A stretch of 59,206 nucleotides of DNA, filler included, from Sphacelaria rigidula (GCA_964200075.2; 6 parts of 6 records of this genome joined end to end with filler, not necessarily neighbours in it), one strand, 5' to 3'. Numbered from the whole stretch's first letter, positions 1 to 12,529 are shown. The notes: generated from the letters alone by a model not told the origin. Program-made: numbers and translations.

Positions 1-1445
1 GAAGGGTGAGCTGCACCCTGCTGAGATTGTTGGGCCCGAAGCCTACTGATTATTCTTCATTTGGATGGCAGCCTCGAATGAGTTGCTTTATTATCTGGTA
101 TCACCACTTCCACAGACAGTCACGTCATATACACTGCCTCATGGGCGCGGAGGGGGCGGGGGGAGATGATGTGGATACCACCGCATGAAAAAAGACAAAG
201 CCAAGGAGTATACCCCCATTCTGTCTATTGCCTCCCCAAACATCCCACATTTATCCACCGAGGAAAATCACCTCACCACAATATTTATTATATATATATA
301 TTTCTCTTCCGTGTGCTGCGCGGCTCTCTAGTGGTGGGCGTATGCTTACTTTTCCATTCCGTTTGTTCTCCTTTACTGAAAAAAAAACGCCCGCTCACGA
401 CTGCTGTATCCCCTGCCCTCTTTCTGTCATGGTTGTTTTAACTGTGCCAGGTTACACTTGCTGACATAATATCCATCCGTCATACTCCAATCCCCATCAC
501 GAACAGGGGGGGGGGGAGGGGGGCGCGGGGTGGCTCTCCTGGTTCGGTATTAAGGGGAAAGAGGTAGGGGATCATCGGACAACAGTAGGCACACGAACGA
601 CGAGAGAGAGAGGAAGGGAGACCGTAAGAGAAAAGGGGGGCCGGTATCCCACGAGATAGTTGGTCTGAGAGATCCCACTGAGCTGAGAGGCTGAGCAGGA
701 GCTACCTTTGCTGCATTCCCGAGGTGGGGGGAGGAAGACGAAGAAGAGCGCTGGTTGTTGTTGTTGCTGTCGTCGTTGGCTGGTGTGGGCTGGTATTGAT
801 CGGTGTTTGCTTTGTTGGGTCTTGTGTGTGTGTTATTTTCGGTCAACATCTCGAGCGCCTGCTTCACTTAGCGGGCGGGTGCGTACCCGATTTGTCTTCT
901 CCCTCCCTTTTTGCTTTTTTTTCGTTTCCTGTCGGCGGGGGTGGGCGTGTAGTGAAAAGCACGAAGGGTAGGGGTATAAACGAAATCGATCGGTTGGCTA
1001 AAGAGACGCAGACAGGTACACTTTCCGTCGTGGTGGTGCTGTGTGTGCGTACGTGAGGGCGTGCGCGTGAGGAGGGTGTTGTTCCTGAAAAGCAGTGTTT
1101 CGAACAGCACGGTAGATAAGACAGTGAGGAAGAAGAGGGCGGAACCGAGAAGAAGAAGAAAATCGACGGCGACAACGACGACGACGAAGGCGAAGACGGT
1201 CGGCGCTTCATCGTTTCTTCTTTTTGGTTCGTTCTCTACCCGTGCAGCTGTGCACTCGGCGAAATCTCGAGTGTGTTGTCTTTTTCGTCACACAACAGGG
1301 GGAGAAAAAGGCGGCCACCAAGACTTCAGCTTTTTTTATTACTGTTTTTTATTGATTTTTTTGCTGTTTTGTCCTGGCGAGTTTGTCTAGGAGGGGGCGT
1401 AGGTGCACACACGCGGATCCGTTATAATAGGACGAGAACACTAGA

Positions 1446-1576
1446 ATGGATACACCAAGCGGGGGAGCTGAGGGTGGCGGCGGCGGCAGCCAAGGCAGTG
1501 TGGGTGGTCCTATAGTGACAGTGAAGGTGCTAGTCTTGGGGGATCCAGCTACGGGGAAGACAAGTATCATCAAAAG
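1446..1576 (+). CDS. RAB32: Rab32/38/29-subfamily small GTPase, coding exon 1
   Basis: ATG at 1446 reads MDTPSGGAEGGGGGSQGSVGGPIVTVKVLVLGDPATGKTSIIK, with P-loop GDPATGKTS. The exon ends at AAAAG|GTGAGC (phase 2 donor). Confidence 0.9.
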
Positions 1577-2375
1577 GTGAGCACTGAGAGCATTTCAAAG
1601 ATAGTGACACTTTCTACGATTACCCCCCTCCTTCCCCCTCCCCCCAAAAGCCCAAAACCGTCACGAGGAAAATGGCCATACAGCGCCTGATGTTTGGTTT
1701 CAGGCTTGCATGAAGCGCATAATATATGGGCGGCATTGGCGAAAACGAACCCTAGCGTGGGAATTCCCAGCTGCTCGATGTGCTCGGCCTTTTTTTATTT
1801 CGATTCACGTGTAGATCGTGCCTTCCCAAACCGGCCACATTCTTGGGGGGGGGCTATCATGGAAAGTGTCGAAAATACAGGCTGGTTCAGGGTGTATGCC
1901 CAAAATTTCGAGGTGTTGCTGTGTTCATGGGTGTACCGACTGAACTTCGTGTATTTTGAGGAGTGCAAACTGTTCTGAACAATCCGGTATGGTTCCGGAA
2001 GGGGCTCCTAAAGATTCAAGATGCACAAGAAAATGGGTCAGGGCATCTCCGCTTGGAAATTCCTTCGGGATATCCCCAGCACGTTGGAATAGTTATCCTG
2101 GCGTACTCTCATATATTTCATAACCCGTGTTTTCGATGAGACAAACCGCTCCTACAAAGTCTAACTTCGGAAAATTTTGCGCACCCCTATCGTAGCATCC
2201 CTCAGGGGTGTTTTACCCGTGAAGCAGCTTGTTCCGAACCATACAGGGTTGTTCGAACAAGGCTCGATACCCTGCTAAACCATACCGGAGTGTTGGGTGC
2301 ACAAGTGGGTATGGTTTAATATGCCCACCAAAAATCCCCCAATTCCGGGTATACCCTATTGAAAACACAACCTTG

Positions 2376-2576
2376 CACGGTTAGGACAAATCATCACGAC
2401 TCAAAATCACCAAATTCACGATTTCTTCGGCCTGATTGCCTAAAAGNNNNNNNNNNGGCTGCGTGTACCTGGGTTGCAACGCTAAAAACAAAGCCTGGGG
2501 ATTGATTCGTTACGAGTCGACTCATCATCCTAAAATCAAGTAATTTTCAGACGAATAATTATTTTTCCGACCCTTG
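2376..2576. mobile_element. MITE, CACGG...CCTTG termini, 8-bp TSD (P- or hAT-type); contains a 10-N scaffold gap
   Basis: Perfect TSD CAACCTTG at 2368-2375 and 2577-2584. Imperfect TIR CACGGTTAGGACAAA / TTTTTCCGACCCTTG. Other copies at 4551, 6385 and 29491. Confidence 0.8.
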
Positions 2577-2608
2577 CAACCTTGCAATTTTTTTCCCCAC
2601 ACTATTGA

Positions 2609-3073
2609 CCCCGTTGGAACTCGCGCTAAACAGTACAAACTCCCATATGCGAGCTTTCGTCTCCGGAAAACGTCACTCCGAGTTCGGTGCACGAATGTGT
2701 CACATTAGTACACTTGACGTTAACCCTTTTGGAACTCGCGATAAACAATACAAACTCCCATATGTGAGCTCCCGTCACCGGAAAAACGTCACTTGGAGTT
2801 CGGTGCACGAATGTGTCACATTAGTATATTTGAACTTGGAGTGGTGCACCGTTTCGCTGGGCTGCATCATGAACAGTTGTAGAAAAACAACAATATCTTG
2901 CCCAAGAAAACGTCCGTTGTAAATCGTCACTTTTCCATCAACGGTTCCAAAAGAGTTAAGAGTGGTGGACGGTTTTGGTGGACTGCATTATCAACAGGTA
3001 CAGAGAAACACGCATATCTTGCCCAAGAAAACGTCAAGTGTAAATCATTTTTTTATAAACGGTTCCAGAAGGG
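2609..3073. mobile_element. piggyBac-type MITE with a second copy of itself nested inside (2724-2955)
   Basis: Outer copy: TTGA|CCCCGTTGGAAC...GTTCCAGAAGGG|TTAA. Inner copy: TTAA|CCCTTTTGGAAC...GTTCCAAAAGAG|TTAA. The two halves of the outer copy align with the inner copy. Confidence 0.75.
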
Positions 3074-3172
3074 TTAACAGATACCGAATGCAGAACTGAC
3101 GGATGGAAACATGTTTCGGTATCATTGTGACCCCCATGAGAGCGAACAGTCAGGGTGGTACAGGCAGTTTTT

Positions 3173-3377
3173 CAAGGGTAGGTCGAGTAGAGTATACTCA
3201 ATTGCGGGGTATTTTGAAAGACGTACTTGTGGTACTCAAATTAGGGTAGAGTGTTTGGAGTCGTACCCAAAATATAACTGGAAAGCGATACCTAAAACTC
3301 TACCCCCAATTTATGTACTTCAAGTACGACTTTCAAAATACCCCGCAATTGAGTATACTCTACTCGACCTGCCCTTG
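3173..3377. mobile_element. Long-TIR MITE, CAAGGG termini, 8-bp TSD (P/hAT-type)
   Basis: CAAGGGTAGGTCGAGTAGAGTATACTCAATTGCGGGGTATTTTGAAA is inverted at the right end. Flanks CAGTTTTT / CAATTTTT (7/8). Confidence 0.8.
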
Positions 3378-4550
3378 CAATTTTTCTCTCTTGCCCTTCG
3401 CTGTGGCGCTTCAATAGTAGTGAGATTGTGTCTCGGCCAATCAGGGGCCTTCAAATTGTTCTAAAACTAAGAAGTGTGAATTCCCGACACCATTTTTACC
3501 CATTCTCGTCATGAATCAGACCTTAGCTACCGCCATTAGGTAAGGCATCCAATGCAAGAAAAACGATTTGAAGAAGGGTTTGTATGGAATAGAGCTATAC
3601 CCCAAAACCGTGGCATCTGGATGATGTATAGTTTTAGCGTCGTCGGACTTGCACTGATGACATGAATCAAAGACACAGAGAGCTTCGTGATGGATCTCCC
3701 TTATACCTGTTGTAGGAAAGCTTCGATCGTCCTCATACTTGACAGTTTGGTAGATATTTGTGCTGAAAAACAATCGTTGAAGGATATCTCAGAGGGCATC
3801 CGCTCTTTACCGGCTTCCAGGGGTTCCGGCGTGAAGACGACCCCAAGAAGGCAGTACAGAGTGCCTTACCGTAAGAGTTGCATATTTTCGCTCGTCCCGA
3901 AGTACTGTAGTCCAAGAAATAGTTTGTAAACCGTTGCATTGCGTAGGTGGTCGATCGAAAAACTGATCCCAGACGGTTAATGCAAAAAGTCGATAGCACA
4001 CTAAAAGGAAGTAATTAGGGGGTTCCGCGTTCATTTGCATACCCCAACTCACGCGCACGCGATTTCTCCGGCAGATTTTTCGAGATTGACCCTGAAATTG
4101 TGCACACGTGTGCTACGGGGATATAGCGGAACTGTCATTTTTTTCAACCAGAAATTCGGGGTATCTGGAGGCGGTATGAGCCCGGGGACCCTCGAAACCC
4201 CGGATTTCTGGCGGAAAAAAGTAAAATACATTCATATAAAGTTTCATGATGTTCCGCAGCACACTTGTGCGAAAATTCAGGGTGAGAAATCGCTGGGGAG
4301 CGAATTTCGGGCGTTCAACCTAAACCAGCCGGTTATGTTAGGGCCCTGTTTTGAGACCGATACTTCGTGGTTAATGATGATATATTGTTACCGTGTTCGG
4401 ACATTGAGATGCGAAATCAATCGGTTGATGAACCTTTCAATCGGTGTTGATCAGTGGTAGCACCGATATTCCAATATTTTGTTGCTGTGAGCGCTGAAGT
4501 AATTTTCCACTCAATACATCCGTGATAGTCTTTGTTTGCGCGGTCTATCT

Positions 4551-4804
4551 CACGGTTTGGACGTATCATCGCCGGCTCAAACCACTAAATCCACGATTTT
4601 TCAGGCCTGATTGCTCGAAAGAGAAGGAAAAATTTTACCGCCGGTGAAAAAGATCTTGGCGCAACTTTTGCGTCATTCCACGTGCCTGGGCTGCGCGTTA
4701 CTTCGGTTGCAACGCTGAAAACAAAAGCCAGGGATCGATTCGTACTGTACGAATCATCAACAGCACTAAAAACAAGTAATTTTCAGATATTCGTCGTACC
4801 TTTG
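4551..4804. mobile_element. Diverged copy of the CACGG MITE family
   Basis: Colinear similarity to 6385-6641 (e.g. GCAACTTTTGCGTCATTCCACGTG, GCAACGCTGAAAACAAA). TSD is degenerate. Confidence 0.7.
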
Positions 4805-5115
4805 ATCTACTTCCCACGAAAGCAGCAGCAGCGTACGCCGACCCCGGAGGCCGAGAGCATGAATAGCAGCCCCAGCTCGGTCTCCATGTTTGATATTCTG
4901 ACAATTCTCAGCACACTGACAAAAATGAAACGACGCTGAAAACAAAGACATGCATACATACATATCGCATTTTTCATCATTTTCGTCTCCGCATTTTTTC
5001 CCATGACATTGAAATTTGTCCACGCATTCATATAATATGATGAATCCCCAAGATGTATATCTTGTATTCTTGAAACCAACCGGATCGATAGGAAGCCCTG
5101 GGCAATGCAGGTTGA

Positions 5116-5237
5116 GAGTCACGCTGTGGTAGAGGGTGTAATATTTGGGCCGAGATGTCATTTTCGGGTGGAATACGAGTAGGCTCCTAACATCGGACCC
5201 CAGAAAATAGTTGTGCACCCCTACCGTAGCACCACTC
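5116..5237. mobile_element. GAG...CTC MITE with 4-bp TSD (Sola2-like)
   Basis: TTGA|GAGTCACGCTGTGGTAGAGGGTGTA ... TGCACCCCTACCGTAGCACCACTC|TTGA. The same terminus occurs at 2203, about 5690, 10125 and 56237. Confidence 0.65.
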
Positions 5238-6384
5238 TTGATGTACCTCAGAGAACACTGGTTTTTCACAGGGCATTCGCAGTACTGAGCCCCTCGGTGT
5301 ACCCGAAGTTTTCGCGGGTACTTGGAGTGCCGGGTACATCGATATACCTCGGGTTTTGAGGGTTTTCGGAGTGTCGAGTACCTCGGGGTCCGCAGAGTAT
5401 ACCCTATTCGCAGTACCGAGTGCTCAGGGAAACCTCCGGAGTACTCGCAGGTAGGGGTGCACAACTATTTCCTGGGGTTTGAACTGTAAGAAGCGCTCTA
5501 TCTCATCCACGGAACATATCTCACTATGAAAGATGTGAGCACGTTACGATCAACATTTTAATGAGCCAGGGATATCCCGAGTCGGTTTGAAAAAGCGAAT
5601 GCCCTGACCCATGTTCTGGTGTAGCTCCTGACGTAGGGAGTCCCTGACTTGAGAAAGATCTTGGCCCAAAAATTTAACCCCTACCGTAGCATGAAGCAGT
5701 AGTGAACGCCTCAGTGTACCCTCGACCTTCCCGGATATTCGCAGTCCCAAGTGCGCTTTGGCACCCTTGTTTTCCATGCAGCCGGGTTATCTAGGCTATC
5801 TGTAGTACCAAGTACCTCGAATCGCTCTGCGTTTCCAGGCTATTCGCAGTCCCGAGCCCCTGAGGGTACCTGGCGTACAAACTGGAAAAAATATCTACTC
5901 ACTGGGGACGATATGTAGTCGAAAAGTCGCAATGGAAGAAAAGAAAATTGTATTGCGTGAAGCATGGGACTGCTGCCGAGATAGCCCCCCCCCCCCCGAA
6001 CCGGCCACAATGGTCAAATGACTAAGGCAAGCAACAAATGAGTACGCCCCCCCCCCGAACCGGCCAAAAAGTGCACGGAGGCGATGGTCATAATTGCCGT
6101 TGAAACTGGTTTCGTGCTGCACGACGCGCCTCATGTGGGCGTTATAGCTGGTTTCGGACTGCTACACGCCCTTTCATGAAGGCGAAATTGCTGCAAACGA
6201 GCCCAATCGTGGGATCGCGGCCGGTTTGTCGGACGGTCTCCGGTGCACTTTGGTTTGGGGGGGGGGGGGGGTATTTCCACATTATCCATGGGCCTACTCG
6301 TTTTGCAAATATTCGGGCCGGCAATAGTTGCAAAAGGCTTATTCTTCACGCAGTACATTTTTGTTGTGTCAATCGCAACTATCG

Positions 6385-6641
6385 CACGGTTAGGACAAAC
6401 CATCACGACTCAAAATCACCAAATTCACGATTTCTTTGGCCTTATTGCCCAAAAGGGAGAAAGAAGTTGATCGCTGGTCCAATGGGTATACACGCAACTT
6501 TTGCGTCATTCCACGTGTCTGGGCTGCGTGTACTTGGGCTGCAACGCTGAAAACAAAGCCTAGGGGTTAATTCGTCACGAGTCGACTCATCATACTAAAA
6601 CCAAGTAATTTACAGACGAATCATTATTTGTCCGACCCTTG
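6385..6641. mobile_element. Full-length CACGG MITE (257 bp), 8-bp TSD
   Basis: Flanks AACTATCG / AACTATTG. Closely matches the 2376-2576 copy on both sides of that copy's gap. Confidence 0.8.
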
Positions 6642-6853
6642 AACTATTGCCCATATATTGTCCAGGGTGTGAAGAATATACCTGGGTGCGTGGGAGATAA
6701 AATGGTACTGATTATTTTCCGGGAATGTGTGCAGTGATGCCGGTCGCCTCCTCGCTGACTAGATGTGAGACACACACTGTGGCTCTCCGTCGCCCAGCGA
6801 CCCTCCATGACCCTAGATTATTCGCGAAACGGTGTTGCAGTTACGATCATTTG

Positions 6854-7200
6854 CAAGGTTGTGTTCTGTAGGGTATGAGTTTTGGTATACCCGGGGTATT
6901 TGTTACCTGGGGTATTTTACCGTACCCGATTGTTTTGTGACTTTCGTAGGCCTCTCATACCGGTACCCGACAGCTCTTCAAGATATGTGTGGAATGTTCA
7001 CCGTTACCCGACGTATGGGTATATCCTCATACGAATACTCGGTTGTGGGTAGTTTTTTTTTACAACCTCCGTAGTACCGTAACCGACAGGTTCTGTAAGT
7101 TATATAGATACTTCCAAACCGGTACCCGACAGCTCTATGAGTTCTGTAGGAAGTCACATACCCTATGGAACATGCACGTACCCTACAGAACACAACCTTG
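6854..7200. mobile_element. MITE with 22-bp TIR CAAGGTTGTGTTCTGTAGGGTA and TACCCG-rich interior
   Basis: Perfect TIR pair at 6854 and 7179-7200. Family copies at 33456 and 34567. TSD not preserved. Confidence 0.75.
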
Positions 7201-7616
7201 AAGGTTTATATTCCAAAACCAGAGTCAAGAAGTACTCGGATCCGAAAACTTGCGGAAAACAGTCGAGTTGAGTTTGAAAATTGCGCGGGATTTGTGCGAG
7301 TATCTTGGGGTTATGAGCCGCTGGATCATTGGGTGCAACAACAGCAAAACACGATCATCAAAAAAAGCATGCCGTAGTTGCTCGCTCATCTCTCGCGCTA
7401 CTACTACTACTACTGCTACTGTTGCTGCTGTTGCTATTGCCTTTTTCCTTGCGTCGATAAAACGCGATTCTGACTCTTCATCGAGTATGTCTGGAGGAGC
7501 ACCTGGCTCCATGTTGGAATATTCCCTTTGGAAGATCTCTCGCCCGCGCGGCAGGTCTTGGCCATGACCCCCCTCCGTCCCCTCCCCCGTCCCCCCCTTC
7601 CCCCCTGCTTGAGCAG

Positions 7617-7737
7617 ATACGTCCACGATTTTTTTTCGGGGCATCACAAAACCACCGTTGGGGTGGATTTCGCCTTGAAGCAGCTGGTGGTGGGGGAGAC
7701 AACGGTCAAGCTCCAGCTCTGGGATATAGCAGGGCAG
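7617..7737 (+). CDS. RAB32: Rab32/38/29-subfamily small GTPase, coding exon 2 (remaining exons not found in the window)
   Basis: C-rich tract plus GAGCAG| acceptor. The phase matches exon 1 (AG+A = Arg). Reads (R)[40 protein letters not shown], then a GTGACC donor. TVGVDFALK and WDIAGQ (I instead of T in G3) are Rab32/38/29 signatures. Confidence 0.92.
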
Positions 7738-8642
7738 GTGACCTTGAGATACAACAGACACATTCGTGTACATTTGAGTGATGTCGCAATACCCCCCCCC
7801 AAAAAAAAGAAAAAAAAGAAAAATAAAAAACAACAACAACAATCGAACAAAAAAGCAGTTGGTGGTTCTGGGAGGCAACATGTACATGTACGTGTAAACG
7901 AAATAAAAACAGTCGAGCACACCGAGAAGCTGGGAATTTCTACTCGCTTGGGATTGTTTTCGCCGATGTCGCCCATATGAGGCGCAAGCGCTCCATGCAG
8001 TCTGAAACCAGCTACCATACGCTGTATGACCATATTCTGCGTGGCAGTTTTGGGCCTGGTGTGGTGGGGGGGCTATCGCGGCATCTCTCACCATGTACAT
8101 ATGTCCGTGTTGTTTCTCTTGATGGGTGCTGGTGCTTGGCGTGGTGTCTGAGTCAGTTTACCGGCTGTTGGTTCTCTCCATTCTTATTTCATTTTCTTTT
8201 TTGCTTGTTACCCAAATCCCGAGTGTCCTGTAGCGACTGTTTCCGATCGTATTTCGCCCTCCGTCTTGACTCCTTGGCCGCGAAGGCAGCCCATCTGGAT
8301 CATGCATACTCCTTTCGTGTGAAATTCATGCCGATTGAACAGATGTCCTACGAACTCTCTCGCCGTCAAAGAGTTGACGAGCGAAAGACAAGAACGATGA
8401 TGGTATTATGAGCATGAGAGTGACGAACACCCTGCGCTTGGCCCACGAGTGGCGAAACCAGTTCTACGTTCGACTTCGCACTCTCATCGTCAATCTCCCG
8501 AAAAAGAATTCAAAAATTTATTAATTTTTTTCGGGCTGATGGGAATGCAAAAGGAAACGTATGAAGGGTCGCCACGCGTGTGCTGTTCGTTACTCTCTTA
8601 CAATCTCATCATCATCAGTTATCATTCTCTTATTCTGTCATA

Positions 8643-9107
8643 CCACTTCTCATGAGTCAGAAGGCGGACTCTCTGAAAACTGACTATTTTTTAGCCTTTC
8701 ACCGCAGATTTTTGGCTGAGTACGGCCTTGGCGGATTGGGCCTCCTCTAAAAAATCTGCGATTCTTCCGAAGAGGTTTCTAGCGCACTTTTCCGATTTTT
8801 CGCGTGCCCACTTTTTTTTTGGCCGGATTCCCGTTTTTTTCAGTCACCTCAAACATGATCCAAGTTGTCGGGAAATTAGATATGTTTTTTCCGACAACTC
8901 GTAAAAATTTGAGGCGACTGAAAAAACGGGAATCCGGTCAAAAGTAAAACTTGGTGCGCGAATAATCGGGAAAGTGCGCTAGAAACGTTTTGGAAAGCAT
9001 TGCAAATCTTTCAGAGGAGGTCCAATCTGCGGAGGCCCGTATACCGCCAAAACTCCGTGATTAAAGGGTAGCACTCAGAGAGTCTATTTTCTGACAGTAA
9101 GAAGCGG
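8643..9107. repeat. Foldback (long inverted repeat) element, arms about 230 bp
   Basis: CCGGATTCCCGTTTTTTTCAGTCACCTCAAA pairs with TTTGAGGCGACTGAAAAAACGGGAATCCGG, and TTTCTAGCGCACTTT pairs with AAAGTGCGCTAGAAA. Centre about 8878. Confidence 0.8.
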
Positions 9108-9181
9108 CTTCAAGAACCTTCCGTGAATGCGCGCATTGTATGGCCATGAGTGGATGCGTAGCGGAGTAGAAAATATGTGTA

Positions 9182-9585
9182 GGGACTGGTTCACCCTTCA
9201 TCACCCCCAAATTGTGTCAACAGCGAATGCCTTCCGCAATGCCATCCCAATAGCCGCATACATGGTATCATACTGACCTCACCATGGACAACTTGAAAGG
9301 GTGGCTGGCATGGCCAGATTTTTGTTCACGGCTGTAGCAGTGGCGCGCAAGGGTGAAAAGGCACTTCGACCAATCAGCGGCCTTCAAAGTATTCCGAAAT
9401 TAAACATGCGAATTCTTAACCCAAGCTTTGCCCAGCCTTCACATACTTCAAATCGTTGTAACCTCCATCAATTCGAGATTCTAAAGGAACGTTTGATGAC
9501 GGGTTAATGAGGTCGAATTATGCCCCCAAACCGTGGTATTTTGGTCATGTGGGGTTTTGGCGCCGTCGGATTCCCATTTATGATA
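9182..9585 (+). mobile_element. 5' part of a CAGGCTGGTTCA-family element, interrupted at a TA by a CGAGCTGGGCCAGC element (9586 to contig end)
   Basis: Colinear with 50210-50600 (ATCACCC..AAATTGTGTCA, ATGGTATCATACTGACC, CCAATCAGCG). TA|CGAGCTGGGCCAGC at 9586. Confidence 0.6.
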
Positions 9586-9785
9586 CGAGCTGGGCCAGCC
9601 TAGAGGCGGATTTGAAGTTTGCAGGCCCATTCTCTTTTATACATTTAGAGTTGGACCCTGAAATTTGGTATGGACAATGCATAGGGCATAATGATAATAA
9701 AAAATACTGAGGTACCAAAATGTTTTTTGTTTTTGTCTTCATGAGTTAAGGGCATTTTACTGATAACTGAAAACCGGTTATTGCC

Positions 9786-9885
9786 NNNNNNNNNNNNNNN
9801 NNNNNNNNNNNNNNNNNNNNNNNNNNNNNTTAATTAATTAANNNNNNNNNNNNNNNNNNNNNNNNNNNNNNNNNNNNNNNNNNNN
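9786..9885. other. Artificial contig linker
   Basis: N44-TTAATTAATTAA-N44, exactly 100 bp, with stop codons in all six frames. Confidence 0.98.
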
Positions 9886-10125
9886 GTGCACAAATATCTT
9901 TTGGGGTTAGAATTGTTTGGAGCCCTTTATCCAATGCAAAACACGACTTGTGAAAATATGTGAGAGTACACCAGGACTACTACACTCCAATGTGCTGGGG
10001 ATATCCCGAATGAATTCGCAAACGGGGATGCCCTTACCCATATTCCTGTGCATATAGAATTGTTGGGAGCCCCTGAACCAGACAAGATTTCGCGCACAAA
10101 GTACACCCCTACCGTGGCATTGCTC
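9886..10125. mobile_element. Sola2-like GAG...CTC MITE, truncated by the contig start
   Basis: Colinear with 56007-56237 and ends CCCCTACCGTGGCATTGCTC. Confidence 0.6.
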
Positions 10126-10678
10126 TGCCTCAAACATGAAAGTTTACAAGGATGCTTCGTGTAGGGTAGGGCAGAAAAAACCCGTGGACACATACCTGTC
10201 GACACTCTGGGTATTACGTGATGCACTGGTTTCGGCAGTCGATGCCCTGCTTATTCCCTCGAGTATCGGGTACTCGAAATACCGTAAACATCGGGGCGTA
10301 GGTAGCTCAGGGTACGTACCCTCATTTAAGCACCTTCGAACATTTGCTACACCACTTGTGACAACGAACCCGGCCTCCTCATGTGGTGGAGCGAGCGAAA
10401 CCCTTGTAGTTGAAATGTTTTTCACGTGCTACGCAATGTGCACGGAAACAAAGCACAAGGAGTTGTGACCATCTGGGACGCCTGTCGACACGGTTATCAA
10501 GCAAACGTCGCGAAGCGTTTCGGTCGCCACATTCGGGAACTCTTCGAGGTGCGGTTAGAGCTTGGGGCCCATAGCAGGCAGTCACAGACAGGTGAACCAG
10601 CTGGGTCCGCAGTCGTGACCAGGGACTCTGCCGTCTCGGCCAAGCAGATGACCCCTATTTTGCCAGTATGTATTGATA

Positions 10679-11230
10679 CGAGCTGGGTCAGATTGCAGTG
10701 ATCCTTGAATATGTTCGTGTCCGGCGGTGGTGAATTTGACGAGTTGGGCGTTGAAATTCTGACACAACATTTTCTGACACAACACGCGCAATATTTCTCG
10801 GGTTGCCAATGAAAAAAAGAGCAAGAACGATTTGAAATTTTTTAGCGAGAGCTAGAGAATGTCATACGACTCAGGGAAAAAACGAAAAACTGCGGTATCC
10901 CCAAAAGTGTCGTACGCACTCGCGTGCATGAGATCCTGGTAAAACGTCGACTGAAACTCCCAAAATTGCACCCAGCCTGGCACTTCTTATGTAGCACCGC
11001 TGAGCCCCCGTAATCCAAGCGAATCAGGAGATCCCAGTCATGAAGGTCACGAGTTCAAATCCCGACGTATCCTCTTATTTTCTCTCCGTCCTTTAGGTCA
11101 TATATTATCCAATACATGACGAGGTTGGGCTGCAGTTCACAGCCATATATGTATCAATCTGGCTAATTCGGGAAGCTCAATAAGTTGTTTTGTGATGTGT
11201 GTTTGTACGTTTCACGGCTGGCCCAGCTCG
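10679..11230. mobile_element. Mariner-like MITE, CGAGCTGGG(C/T)CAG TIR
   Basis: TA|CGAGCTGGGTCAG ... GCTGGCCCAGCTCG|CA. Same TIR as 52540-53204. Confidence 0.55.
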
Positions 11231-12529
11231 CACCCCGAGCTACATACTAAATTGTCTCACAAGAGAGAAGTTTGCATCTGCACCTGGCCATGTCCCCTTG
11301 AATATTTCACGATATTGGTCACGGGGCATTTCCTGTGATAAGCAATCTTCGAGCAGGCGCTATCTTTCATCAGGGAGATACACCATTATTTCTCGCATTG
11401 CTCATCATGACGAAAATATGTTATTGAGTTCCCAGGTTTCCCCACCGCGAACATTCGGCACTGCAACTTTATATATGTCTACTGCATGCTGAGGAGACTT
11501 GCCAACCTATTTCGTTTTACCCGATGCCACATGGCACTGCGGACGTTTCGTCTTGGTCTCCTTTTGGTTTTCACGCACTTGAATGCTCATCAGCCCGTAC
11601 CGTAGTGGAGAAGTGGCTTACTCATTGAGGGGACCTCACGTATTGGTCGTACACAACGATGGGTTTCGTGAAGATGATCCCAACCATATCCCTACCCTCG
11701 ACCGATGCATTCTGAGAAGCGTCGGCCAGCGGGGGTGCAAATTGTTTCCCAGGCAAAGTGTAGGTTGCGAGGCCACATATCAGCGCCTGCAGGACTGATA
11801 TTTTCGGACCAGAGCACGTTCTGAACGAACTAGCAGCACTTCGAACTATCAGCCCCTCCAAAGATCCGAATATCGGTGTTCATTCTGACATCGAGTAAAA
11901 TTGAGAACCAGCTATTGTGTATGATCAGTCAGTAAAGTCTCCTGTGCTCGTGCACCCACCCCTTGTGTCGGGACTAAATCTTGCCACTACTGAACTTCCG
12001 GCGCTTTACCATGACGCTCGTTCTGCCACCTCGGCCCCGTACCCATCCCACAATACGCACATATGCAGTGTCGCCTGTTTCTCCGGTGGGATGAACGGAC
12101 GAACGAAGGAATCCTGGGCGTGTTCTACGCATCAGTCGAGTTTTGTCAACTCGTTTTGCGCCCCAAATAATGATAAGAGTTTCAGCCTACAAAACGATAC
12201 GTTGACCCGAACATGGAACTTTGTTGAAAACTTAACTTGAATCAACCTTCGTGTATGCGTACGTTCCAAGTTTTTCATGTTCTACAAATCAAGAACCCGT
12301 CACAGGACTGAAGACGGGTGCGAGGGTAGCGGTGGAACGAACCAACTCTGGCCAAATGTCAGTACTCTTCGGTTTGCGATCATGACGATCGAGTCATACA
12401 TGGTGCTTGTGCGAGGAGCCCGTTCCCCCTCTCCACCCCACGTCCCTCACTCTCTTCTGCCCTCGGCCCCAGTTCGATTGGACTTCAGACATCACTCGCC
12501 GCTGTTTGCTCGGTAATACAATCCCACAG

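Larger units (their letters stand above)
1878..4332. mobile_element. Old Tc1/mariner-like non-autonomous element (CAGGCTGGTTCA family) in Rab intron 1, hosting nested MITEs
   Basis: Left end TA|CAGGCTGGTTCAGGGTGTATGCCCAAAATT matches the reverse complement of AATTTCGGGCGTTCAACCTAAACCAGCCGG ending at 4332. Internal 3430-3860 resembles 50390-50800. Confidence 0.6.

Noticed and set aside
4766..8100. Long minus-strand ORFs 4766-5464 (232 aa) and 7225-8100 (291 aa)
   Set aside because: They run through MITEs, low-complexity tracts or the antisense of the Rab exon, and show no domain signal.
9830..9841. Recurring TTAATTAATTAA palindrome at about 9.9-kb period
   Set aside because: Synthetic six-frame-stop spacer embedded in Ns.
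11040..11070. B-box-like GAGTTCAAATCC, possible tRNA or SINE
   Set aside because: No convincing A box or cloverleaf, and no second copy in the window.
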